A stretch of 64,000 nucleotides of DNA from Bugula neritina. Lineage: Eukaryota; Animalia; Bryozoa. The notes under the pieces are model-generated. The model was not told the origin of the DNA. It worked only from the letters and a program-made list of their open reading frames with translations, and made no database searches. Each line of letters starts with the position of its first letter. Positions within the stretch are counted from its first letter, which is position 1. Position numbers and translations under genes: made by a program. Shown in pieces: positions 14,282-24,435 of this stretch. Location: assembly GCA_964035545.1 (NCBI GenBank), contig OZ037765.1, positions 20,398,995-20,462,994 on the forward strand. Reading direction: 5' to 3'.

Positions 14282-16976
14282 AAACTTGAATGCGATGAAT
14301 GGCTTATTATTAAAACACCTGCACTAAAGCTTCAGTGCATTCAAACCGATCAATTTAAGTTTGTAGACATTATCAACTTTGTGGCCCCTGAATTTAGCTA
14401 TGCTCGTTAACTAAAAGCTTTGGAATGTGAACAGCAGAAAGGTTTTTTCTTTGTACGAGTACATTGATACAGTTGAAAAGTTGAACGAAACAAGTCTCCC
14501 ACCTCATTCAGCATTTTATAACTCCCTTACAGCAACTAACATATCATCAAAAAGTATGAATATTGCTAGCGTGTTTGGGAGGAAAACAAAATGGCTTCAC
14601 TGGTTGATTTCCTACGTTGGTACTCTTTTCTCAATGTGAAACCATTTTTAGAAGCCATAGAGAAACAGTCTCAAATATACCAGCTTAAAAACATTGACAT
14701 GTTGAAGGAAGCAATTTCCCTTCCCGGTTTGGCGGTACGTTGGAAGTTTGCAGAAATAAATAATGATGGAAATGACATTCCACTGATATCAAACAAAAAT
14801 TCCGATTTGTACACGACGGTAAAACGTAACATTGTAGGCGGGCCCTCTATTGCTTTCCATCGATACCACAAAAAAAGTGAAACAAAAATTAGAGAACTCG
14901 AATATCAGCAAAGCGCAAAAGTATGCCATCAGATTCTAGGCTCTCTATTTGTGGTGCATGGGCCAGCAGATGCCAACTGGAAGCCCGATCAGAAGGCGCG
15001 CTGAAAATAGTTTTAAACCGGAGTTTCCTGAAAAATTTGGTCGGATGGCCTGGGGTTACTTGCAGTATGTAAGGCATGTTGCCGATAATGATATTCAGCA
15101 CATGTACAACAGAGGTGAAAGATGAATTGGTCAGCAGGGATTGCCAGTGGATGGTTTTTGTGAGACCACAAATACTGTTTATCAGTTCCACGGTTGTCTG
15201 TTTCACGGCCATAAATGTACATTGACGGAAGGCATCGTCACAAATCCAGTTAATGGTGTTCCCATGACAACACTGCACAACAAAACTGATCTAAAAAAAG
15301 ATTATATAAAAACTCTGGGATACGAAGTGACAATTATGTACGAATGTCACTGGAAAGATTTGTTGAGACTCAATCCTGATATATATTGTTTTGTTGCCGA
15401 ATTAGAGAGTAGGACTATGACGCAAAAAGTTTCAACGAATGAATTTGAAATAATTCAGGCTTTGCAACATAACAAGTTTTTTGGTCTCATTGAATGTGAT
15501 ATTAGCGTTCCAGATAATTTGACTAATAAGTTCTCTGAAATGCAACCTATTTTTAAAAACATTGAGGTAACCAGACAGGATTTGAGCGAGCACATGAAAG
15601 CTTTCACAGAGCAAAGCAATCATTTGAGTTGCGGGCAGAGGATGTTGATAGGTAGCATGTGTGGTCAAAAACTTATGCTGTTTAGTTCCTTAGCCCAGTG
15701 GTGCTTGAAGCACGGTTTGATCATTTCAAAAATCTACCAAATTGCTCAGTTCAAGCTGCTAAATTGCTTTCAAAAATTATGCGAATCCCTTAGTAATGCC
15801 AGGAAAATGGAAGACGCTTGCCCAACAAAAGCGCTGCTAGCCGACACAGCCAAATTAATTGGCAATTCAGTCTATGGGGAAAGTGATAACAAATAAAGAG
15901 AAACATAGGGAGGTTTTTTATACGAATAGCCAGCATAAAGCCTCTCATAAACTTAGGGATTATCGCTTCGTGTCATTGGAAGAGCCCTGTAACAATTTTT
16001 TTGAGTTGAGTTTAGAAAAGAAAAGAATTGTTCTGGACACACCATTTGTATTGGGGTTTTCAGTTTTACAATACGCTAAACTTAGAATGTTGCAATTCTA
16101 TTACGATTGCATAGATTTTTACATTCCTAGGGACTCATTTTAATACATTAAAATGGATACCGATTCGGCGTATATGGCTCTTGTTGGTAGCTTGAAGAGC
16201 TACCAGCAAGAGCTACCAGTAGGGAATCCGAAAGCGCCCTAAGTATTGGTCTGGTATCATTCATTAAAGTATATATTATTCTGAAATCATTCATTAAAGT
16301 ATATATTACTCTGATATTATTCATTAAAGTATATATTACTCTGATATTATTCATTAAAGTATATATTACTCTGATATTATTCATTAAAGTATATAAGTTA
16401 GATAAATTTCTCTGCAAATTTTAGAAAGTAAAAAGTATTGACAATGGAAACTTATGAGAACATTTTAAAGTTGGATGAGTTGACAGAGAAATACCAGAAA
16501 GAAGCTGCTCAAGAGAAAGTTTTTTGAGGAGTACGGCGAGTGGTTTCCAAGACCTTACTGCTCTCTACATCATCAAAAATTTGTTGATGAAAAACTACAG
16601 TGCAATGAGTGAAGTATGCCCGAGTGTTGCAAGCAGCAACACGACTTTGATCGGCGTACTCCTGCCCAGATTGTTCAAGGAAGAATTTATTGGTGATGGA
16701 ATTGTGGCACTGAATTCTGAAACATATTACTGCTGGTCAAGGAGTGGTAGCAAATTTAGCACCAAAGGGATTAGTAAGACGTTGAACGTTCCGATTAGAG
16801 AGCAGTTTCTAGAAGTACTCAACACTAAAAAGTCAGTGACAAGGGTGAATAGAGGCTTCCTAAAAAAAGACAACCAAATATTTACATACTCTCAAATTTG
16901 AACTGGACTGACATACGGATATGGAAAGAGAAAGGTTGTCGGTGATGGTGTTTCTACATTACCAATAGACCTTTAA
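14282..16976 (+). pseudogene. polB: Protein-primed family-B DNA polymerase (pPolB) of a Polinton/Maverick, N-terminally truncated and frameshifted
   Basis: FKFVDIINF, KGFF/YEY, LPPHSAFY, NIVGGPS..FHRYH, SLYLWCM (motif A with the catalytic D deleted at ~14940), inserted VDGFC..VYQFHGCLFHGH nuclease-like block, KLIGNSVYGK (motif B), F*YIKMDTDSAY (motif C, 16138-16173), LFKEE, KFSTKG, C-terminal KRKVVGDGVSTLPIDL* (stop 16974-16976). Confidence 0.95.
16258..16395. repeat. 30-bp tandem repeat (TCATTAAAGTATATATTACTCTGATATTAT) x~4.5 within an insertion in polB
   Basis: Directly visible; the insertion (~16200-16470) interrupts polB just after the DTDS motif. Confidence 0.95.
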
Positions 16977-17279
16977 TTAATGCTATTACAGTGTTTTATT
17001 TGTGAAATTTTATATCACATCTTTATTATATATGTACTTAAAGTTTTCCTTCTATATTCAGCATTAATTTTTTTTTTTATCTCTCTAATATAACCATACA
17101 ACTTTTTGCTCCACTGCACATATCATTTGTAATAATATTTTATCACTAATAAATATTAGCCGAAATAACACTCATTTATTTCTTCGAATAAGCAATAATT
17201 ATGAAAGCGGTATAAAATAACATTTTCAATGCTATGATACATCACATTTAATAATTAATCCATATTTATATAAGAAACA

Positions 17280-17743
17280 TAGTAGCACGCACACCGGGAA
17301 TTAAATAATATTAATATACATTTTGAGCTAGTTCAAAGTAAAAATACGATTCACTAATTATTTTCAAGCTTTCGGAAGTTATACCGTGAGATCGTATCCA
17401 TCTGTCATAGGGGAGATGGATTAGCAATGCATAGTCTTCGAAGTAGTTGGATATCAGTGATCTATAAATAATGCAATAAATTATTAACAAATACATTACG
17501 GGTACGCCGGGCAAGTTTACTTGGTTTTTACCTTAAAGACACCTACTCGAGGTAGTTTACTTTAGAAACTATTTCTAAGTAGTCAATAATCTACGGCTTA
17601 CTAGGTAATATCTACCGGATTAATTAATATTAATGATTTATCGGGTTAAACGTAACGCTTCAAGAGTTTTAATCACATACCCCCTCACAACCTTCTCAAA
17701 AACCTCCTCAAAAGGAGGTCTCAGATCTCCCCCATATACTACT
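17280..17743 (-). repeat. Candidate right-hand terminal region/TIR of a Polinton, ending ...ATATACTACT
   Basis: Non-coding, CpG-richer segment downstream of the polB stop, ending in ATATACTACT (17734-17743; reverse complement AGTAGTATAT) and abruptly followed by polB coding sequence. Confidence 0.6.
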
Positions 17744-17865
17744 AGTGTATAAGCGATCAATTCAAGTTTGCTGACATTTGCAAAGTTCTATATTGCTCCA
17801 GACTACACGTATAAAAAATATCTCAAGGCATTCGATTGCAGTGAAAACAAAGGTCAATTTTCCTA
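17744..17865 (+). pseudogene. polB: Exonuclease-region fragment of a second, divergent pPolB
   Basis: CISDQFKFADIC / YIAPDYTYKKYLKAFDCSENKGQF aligns with CIQTDQFKFVDIINFVAPEFSYAR*LKALECEQQKGFF at 14336-14450 but is clearly a different sequence. Confidence 0.8.
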
Positions 17866-17869
17866 AAAG

Positions 17870-19109
17870 GACAGAATTTTAAATATTTAAAACCAGCAAA
17901 TTTACAAATGCTCTGCAAATATTAAAAGGCAACTAACAAAAAATTGAAAAAAAAACAACCACACACATAAAAATCAACTGCAGGCCGGCATTTGTACTTA
18001 AAAATACAACCAACCGAGAGTACAGATATTTTCCCTCATCTGATAATAATGGTCAACTTTTTGACAAATCGGTACTGATCCAATCAGTAGACAATTTCTT
18101 AGGAACTATTGATAAGTTTATGGCCGTTAAAATTTTAGAGTGAGTGTTACAACAACACACTAATAGTTCTTGAAAGGTTGAACCTCTTAAAAATATCAGC
18201 TTTTACCAATAAAAGATTTTAAACATAGGTAAATTAGGCAAGCCAAACAAAAGCTCTCAAAAGGGAAATTTGTATGATGACAACCTGTGCTTTTTCAGTT
18301 ATTTATCTGTAAAGATTTGCTGCTTAAGTGCAAAAGACGTTTGTGCAAAGCGGTCAGTGAACATAAAGCTCATCTTTTGTTTGGTAAATTCAAGCAGAAA
18401 GTTAAACTCTCCGGTAGCTATAATTGTTAGTTTAGAGGTGTTTGGCTGAAAGATTTTCTGGTTCTCAAACTTTTTTTTAAAGTTTTAATTACTGTTTTTA
18501 AGTTGTCACCGAACAGTAGCAGTAATGTACTATAGAGTTCAAAATCAAAGCTTACCTCAAAACTTCACCTCAATTTTTTATGCAAAAGCATATGGCTGTT
18601 TTCACTGCGAAATATTGTACAAATGTTTATTTCTTTTCAAACGACACAGTTGTGACTCGAAGCAAAAGAGCTTAGCTTTCCCTAAAAAATGCTATCAACC
18701 AAATCAGAATATTTATGAGTTCTCACAAGAACCAGCAGATATCCATGTCCAGCCTTCCAGACATTTTTATACTTATCGCATTACTTATGACATAGAGACA
18801 TATATGTTTAAAAAAGGTTTTCTACCAAACACTGAAAAATTAAAGTTTACAGCTAAACACAAACTTTTGAGTATAAGTGTGTGCTCAAATGTCCCCGGCT
18901 ACAATTCTCCTCAATGTTTTATAATTGAAGAAAATGTAAAAAAAATTGATTTCTTAGTTTATTGAATATTTCAGTTCAATAAGTACTGCGAGTTTTACCA
19001 TTTCATTAGACCAGTTCAGGACAATTGAATGAATACATGAACAGCAGCGAAACATAGAAAAAGATTTCACTGATGGCAAATTCTCTAATCTTAAAATTTA
19101 TGCTACACG
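17870..19109 (+). pseudogene. polB: N-terminal part of a Polinton pPolB (terminal-protein-like region, Cys/His motif, Exo I)
   Basis: KINCRPAFVLKNTTNREYRYFPSSDNN, YDDNLCFF (18273-18296), CFHCEILYKCLFLFKRH, FYTYRITYDIET (Exo I-like DxE), HKLLSISVCSNVPGY are motifs recognised from animal Polinton pPolB N-termini; multiple stops. Confidence 0.75.
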
Positions 19110-19290
19110 AGTAGTATATATTGAGCATATCGAGTAGTGGATTGTGATGGTAGTTCTATATGTTATAATGGGAAGGCCTGTGTGGTGGTGGTGCAGTGGT
19201 GGTGGTGCAGTGGTGGTGCTCGCGTTAAGGCGGCGTTACGCTACGTTGATAGGCCAGTGATTAACGACCTAGCGGTTATTGATAAATAAT
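19110..19290 (+). repeat. Candidate left-hand terminus/TIR of another Polinton, starting AGTAGTATAT
   Basis: polB reading frame ends abruptly at 19109; AGTAGTATAT (19110-19119) is the exact reverse complement of 17734-17743; followed by GC-rich GTGGTGGTGCA repeats and a CpG-rich subterminal stretch. Confidence 0.6.
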
Positions 19291-19346
19291 GAATTATTAG
19301 TATAATTATAAAATTAATTTGAATACTGGATAGAGTTGCCAGCAAA

Positions 19347-20050
19347 ATGTCACTTAGGTGAGTACGTTGTTAGTTTATTACATGGAATAGTTGGAGACAA
19401 TAATAAATTGATGAGTCTACCCGTGCTGATTTAAGTATAACACATAATAATTATTGCAGCTGTAATGGATTTGAGAGTTGTGATCCCCACATTCTAGAAC
19501 TAGTCAAATAAGCTCTTGAAATCACAAGTGTGTCTACACAGTCTCTACAGCTAGTGAATAATATGGCTAATGTAAAGAGAAACCTGGAAATGATGAAGGA
19601 GCAGGCCGCAAAGTTAAGGTTAGTAAAATATTTTAAATACAGCATGTGTATCTATAGCACATAATTATTGTATTAGTTGCATTACCAAGTAAGCATAGTT
19701 TATTAATAAAATTGTAAAGTACTTCACTGTTTTTTTTTTAGGAAATTAGAAGCCAAAACGTTGCTGGAACGACAACGACTGTATAAGCTGACAGAACTAC
19801 CTGCTGGTAGCGTGCTGGAGGTGAGTTCAGAAAAAACAATAGATACAGTGAATGGTGAGGCACTACTCATCGAATTTAGTAGCGAAATAAAAGGAGAGAG
19901 AGTCTAGGGGAAACCTATTATCTCCAATTGTATGAGAGAGGATGTCTCGGGGAAGGTGCCCCTGATTCTATTGTATCATGGAAAAAATCTGGGTAAGAAC
20001 GGCAAAAAATTTCATCACCTCACTGCAGTCAAGATCAATTGCACAGCTCC
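19347..20050 (+). pseudogene. Three-exon Polinton accessory gene (19347-19357, 19460-19618, 19742-~20050): coiled-coil plus small beta-rich domain
   Basis: GTGAGT and GTTAGT donors and TGCAG and TTTTTAG acceptors all join in phase 2: MSLSCNGFESCDPHILELVK*ALE...MANVKRNLEMMKEQAAKLRKLEAKTLLERQRLYKLTELPAGSVLEVSSEKTIDTVNGEALLIEFSSEIKGERV*GKPIISNCMRED...; two premature stops. Confidence 0.75.
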
Positions 20051-20057
20051 CAGCATG

Positions 20058-20156
20058 CCCATACAACTAAAGCACATTGAGAAATTAGATAAACTGATGC
20101 AACCAGCAATATACCCACTAAGAAGAGTAGACATGAAAACATTTAACATAGATACA
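20058..20156 (+). pseudogene. Short fragment of a Polinton major capsid protein (paralogue 1)
   Basis: PIQLKHIEKLDKLMQPAIYPLRRVDMKTFNI aligns with GVQLKHIEMMEKKLQPSIYPIR*VAMKTYNI at ~24493-24585. Confidence 0.75.
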
Positions 20157-20199
20157 TATAGGTACAGCACACAATCTAAAACTCCTCTCACTCATGTAC

Positions 20200-20430
20200 A
20201 GCCTTATTATTTTATTTTCATTATTAAAAGAAGCTACATTAGTAACTGTAAATTACAGCATATTTTATACTGCTTATATTAAACATGTTTTAAAATGCAC
20301 AGCTCGAACTATGAGCCCACATCCTTGCAATGAGCTGTGTAAGAATTGTCCTCACCATTATATTTTGACACCTACACAATGGCATTAAATTATGCATGCA
20401 GGGTTTTTAGATTTATCAAATACAATTGCA
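20200..20430 (+). pseudogene. Fragment of a Cys/His-motif accessory gene, paralogous to the C-terminus of the 13506 gene
   Basis: HVLKCTARTMSPHPCNELCKNCPHHYILTPTQWH*IMHAGFL vs HVLRCRACITNPHPCDEFCSNCPHHYFLSSVPWCKIIHSGFL. Confidence 0.75.
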
Positions 20431-20712
20431 GCTTCTATAAACAATTACACTATAACAGGTTTTATTATATTACAAGTTGTTTTATTTTGTTAAGGTGATT
20501 AACTTATGTATAAATTTTAATTGACATGTGTATGGTTTACGAAGTTTAATGACTATACTGAAGTTATTAACACATGCATTAAACAGCATCATTTATAATA
20601 ATAATTTTTAATGGATTCTATAAATTGTTGTGCAAGCATAAAATTTTTGATTTAACATCTTCATTCTTTGTGGTGAAAACTTGGAAAAGAAAGACTCAAA
20701 AAACTAAATCAG

Positions 20713-20949
20713 ATGCACAAATTGGGAGATTTCCAAAAAGGCAAGGTTGCTGAGGTTACTTCCTTAAAGGTAATCAGAACATCAAATGGCGAATGCTTAT
20801 TGGTCGATTTTTCAACAGAGATTGACGAAGACACTGTAACTGGGAAGCTTATAATTCCGGATAGAATCAGAAAAAAGACTGAAAGCACCGCGCCTCTGAT
20901 TATATTTACTATGAAGGAAAAAGTGGGCGATTTCACAGTTATGTTTTAA
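20713..20949 (+). pseudogene. Second copy of the small beta-rich accessory domain
   Basis: HKLGDFQKGKVAEVTSLKVIRTSNGECLLVDFSTEIDEDTVTGKLIIP...APLII aligns without gaps to YKLTELPAGSVLEVSSEKTIDTVNGEALLIEFSSEIKGERV*GKPIIS...VPLIL. Confidence 0.75.
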
Positions 20950-21653
20950 TCAATCCAGCATGCGAGATAGTTGAAAAAATTCAGTCAAAAGTAAAACACT
21001 GAATGACAAAGCAGTGTCTTTTATTTTTTGTTACAAAAAAGTACCATAGCAGTATGTAGCGATGTTGGTGCCAGTTCCAGAAAAAGATGAAAATAAAACT
21101 AGCAGGTGATGATGATATTCAACTGGGAATGTTAATGCTACGCTTTGAGTAATAAAAATAAAAGTTAATCAAATTTTACAAACGATGTACACAAAAGCTA
21201 CTGAAGTTTTACAAAGTAGAGTTCTCATGATGAGTTTCCATTGTGCAACAGACAAACAACACACTTAAACACTCTCCTGTAATGATGCTCCAAGTCAACC
21301 GCAGGCAATCATTTGACTTTTGCAGTGTACAACAATGTCTTTAAAATTTGGGGGAGTATAGGTAGAAAAAAGCACTAAAAATGCCAAGAACAAAAAAAAG
21401 TGAAACTGGTGAAGTTGAGGATACAAAAAAGCAAGATAGAAAGAGTCAATGCATTACTAAGTAAGAAAACTACAAACTCAAGTAAGCATTTTTATCTTGC
21501 TGCTGGTACAATGTTTATTGTATTTAAACCTATGCTAATATAAGGTATTATGAATTTCTTATTTATGAAGCAAAAATTATTTTCTAAAACTATAGCTATA
21601 TATAGTTTCATACAAAAGCAATGTTATATGTTTTATACGCAAAGGGTTAGCTG

Positions 21654-22205
21654 ATGATGACACCAGTAGGCACCTCAGAAAATTTCCCCTTGCAAAATAA
21701 ATGTCAGATATTACATGACAATGAAAAACTAATACCAACATTCAACCATTCCCATAAATTCTTTTTCAAGTCTGATAAATTTATCGGCGAGTTAAAATTT
21801 TATGAATCAAAAGGTCATAACAGTGGGCCATGCTTATATATAAAAAACCCAAACACCAAGAATTTGTTAAAAAAATCAACTGAAATTTAAAAAAAAAATT
21901 AAATTATATGGCAAAAGCAAAAACTTAACATTGCTCGGTTGTTATATTGACGTTGTTAAAAACATGAATGATGAGGTTTGTGTGAGTACGGTACTCAACA
22001 GAACACCTCAACTGTATTGAAGGAAAATAACTTTTCGGAAAAGTTGGGAAATTGACTTGCATTTTAAGAAATGGCGTTATAAAAAAAATTAATGATGAGT
22101 TATTTTGGTCACTAAATGTGATAGAAATTAAATTAGATGACATCTCACAAGATCAATATAGTTATTTTAAGCGAGCCGAACCAATTATAAGAATTTTGGA
22201 CTGAC
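21654..22205 (+). pseudogene. Decayed accessory ORF of unknown function within the Polinton locus
   Basis: ORF 21654-21890 continues through an A-run frameshift and stops into ...LFGKVGKLTCILRNGVIKKINDELFWSLNVIEIKLDD...; protein-like composition, no recognised family. Confidence 0.35.
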
Positions 22206-22633
22206 TGACACTGACTTTATAATGATAGGAATATGTTATATCTTTTGGTGACAGGGAAATATTGTATCAATACTATTTTATGTTGGTGAATGAAATACTG
22301 TTATGCATATGCATTTTACATTGAGCACATATCATTTTTTAAAAGCAAATTGTTAATATATACATCTATATAGTTCAATCTATCTCAATATATTTCAATA
22401 TATCTCAATATATACTCGGTGAAAAATGTTTAAAACTTTGTTCTTTTGGCTCCGATGAAGAGTGTAGTAAACCTGAGAATTCGAATTGATAATACTATAC
22501 TATATTTCAAGTACATTTATGAATGTACCTATTTACATATTATTAAACAATAAATCTATTTGAAGCAATTTTCTTTGATCCTTCTATCTCTATCAAGGTG
22601 GTTAAAAGAATAATTTGTATTTCATTGTTTTAG

Positions 22634-22970
22634 AAAAATTCACGTGTAAAATATGTGGAAAAAGTTATAACCACAGGTAAAGTTTGAGTAGACATCAAAG
22701 TATTCACAAAAAAGATTGTGATAAATGTAAACGGTTGTATGCACCGTGGAAAACGAATCACTGATGTCATAACACAGTAAGTAGAAAATGTTGTAACATA
22801 TGTTAGGAAATGGAAATGAATATACACCGGCATATTTTTTTAAAAAAAAGAAAAAAAACGTCAATACTTTTTCTTCCATTGACGTAGCAAAGTTATTTTC
22901 TCATCATGCAAAACTTTGCAAAATCATTACAGACCAACCCAATAGTTTAGTTTTGAATGTTATAATATAA
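22634..22970 (+). pseudogene. C2H2 zinc-finger exon with in-frame stops (not in the supplied ORF track)
   Basis: After acceptor TTGTTTTAG (22633): FTCKICGKSYNHR*SLSRHQSIH (22639-22707, canonical C-x2-C-x12-H-x3-H), then CDKC...H*C and CNIC*...HRH. Confidence 0.75.
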
Positions 22971-23032
22971 TATAGACAATAATCTTGAGTAGGGTTAAAT
23001 ATTTTACGGTAATTTGACACGTATGTAGTTCA

Positions 23033-23073
23033 GTCACATGGGAGGTCACATGGTTCATTCAATACTATATAAA
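23033..23073 (+). promoter_or_regulatory. Putative Pol II promoter: two GTCACATGG E-boxes and TATA box
   Basis: GTCACATGG at 23033-23041 and 23045-23053; TATATAAA at 23066-23073; ATG of a spliced gene at 23135. Confidence 0.5.
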
Positions 23074-23134
23074 CCAAGATTGTAGCATTTCCAAAATAAG
23101 AAACATCGATCAAAAGGAATCTTGCATTCCTATA

Positions 23135-24435
23135 ATGGAAAAGGGTAAAATAATTTTAGAGTAAGTTTCTTTTATTTTTCACTTCTTTGCTACCATATAT
23201 GCTATACATTAATGGTATATACACTAGTGCCTTGTACATGTTGCTATACTTTATTTAATTTGTACTATATAAGATTTATAGTTAGCTATATACTAGGGAT
23301 AAATGTGAAAGAGTTAGTCTTAATACTGATAATTGCTAAAAACTATTGTTTACGGAAAACTCTTTTTTTGCTTCTGTACTAATCTATCTAAGACAATTCA
23401 CAACATATTTTAACGTTGCATTTATACTTTTAACAGTCCTTTGGAACAAACTAAACAGCTAGAAAAAAAACTCGCAGAAAAAACTCAAGCTGTAAATTAC
23501 TGCTATACATTTGCTAGTCCTTAATGCTGTTCAAAGGTTAATTGTATAGTAGTTATTATTTTAGTGCAAATTCGGAAAAAGTTTTCAAACCCAAGAAACC
23601 TAGCTAACATGTAAAAACTGTAACTTCTCCAACTACCACCTTTATTACCATTGCTACACCTTCTCCTGTTGCAAGCGTATCCTCACAGGCTGAGAATACT
23701 TCAAGCACATCCGAAAATTTGGAAGTTCTGTAAGTAAAATCTGATTGCTTCCTTAATATGTAATGTTAATGATTTACCAAATATTATAACGGTGCTATTA
23801 TGTCTTGAAACAACTAGTGCAATGATACTATTATGAGTTGTAAACCATGATTCTCCAATGTATTTTAGTTCAACCGCTGATGTTGATGAAGAGCAAGACA
23901 ACACCGCAACTGAATATGGAGAAAAAACCTCTGAGCAATTTAAACCCAAGCTGCTGTCAGTTTTTAAAGACAGCAGCAATAAATACTACTTAACGTACAA
24001 CTCGGATAAGAGATTACATCTCAGTTTCCTCCCTTATCAAGGGACTTTGAAATTGTTCAGTAACAAGGAAAAGTTTGGAAATTCAATGATTATTGTAAAA
24101 AAGGGGGTCAACGGTGTTGTTGAAAGAATTAGGCAAACCGCTTCTCAGTTGTTAAACACCCCTGTTGACTTTTATGGAATGGATGATTTGGATGACCTTT
24201 TTGTCTTTTTAAGTATGGTTTTGAACAAAAATAAAGTAAAGTGCGCCAATGTTTTGGACAATGGTACAGAAAAATTAATACCCATTACGGAGCTTGAGCA
24301 CCGTAAATGTTATTTTAGCGCCATATCAACACCCTGGAAAAACTACAATAAAACCTGAATATTTTGGAAAACAAGCTAAGCCGACTAAGATTATATGCTT
24401 AGGTGTCGATGTAAGTGGGATGTATTTGTCTAACA
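23135..24435 (+). pseudogene. Four-exon Polinton accessory gene (23135-23160, 23437-23491, 23565-23729, 23869-~24435): low-complexity S/T/acidic N-terminus plus globular C-terminal domain
   Basis: GTAAGT donors at 23161 and 23730; phase-2 junctions are consistent for exon1-2 and exon3-4 (exon2-3 needs a 1-nt indel in an A-run); one stop in exon 3; exon 4 is ORF 23858-24358 continuing by frameshift into HPGKTTIKPEYFGKQ... Confidence 0.6.

Noticed and set aside
19932-20282. ORF 19932-20282 as a single 116-aa protein
   Set aside because: Chimeric: accessory-gene tail plus ~33 codons of capsid plus unrelated sequence, fortuitously in frame
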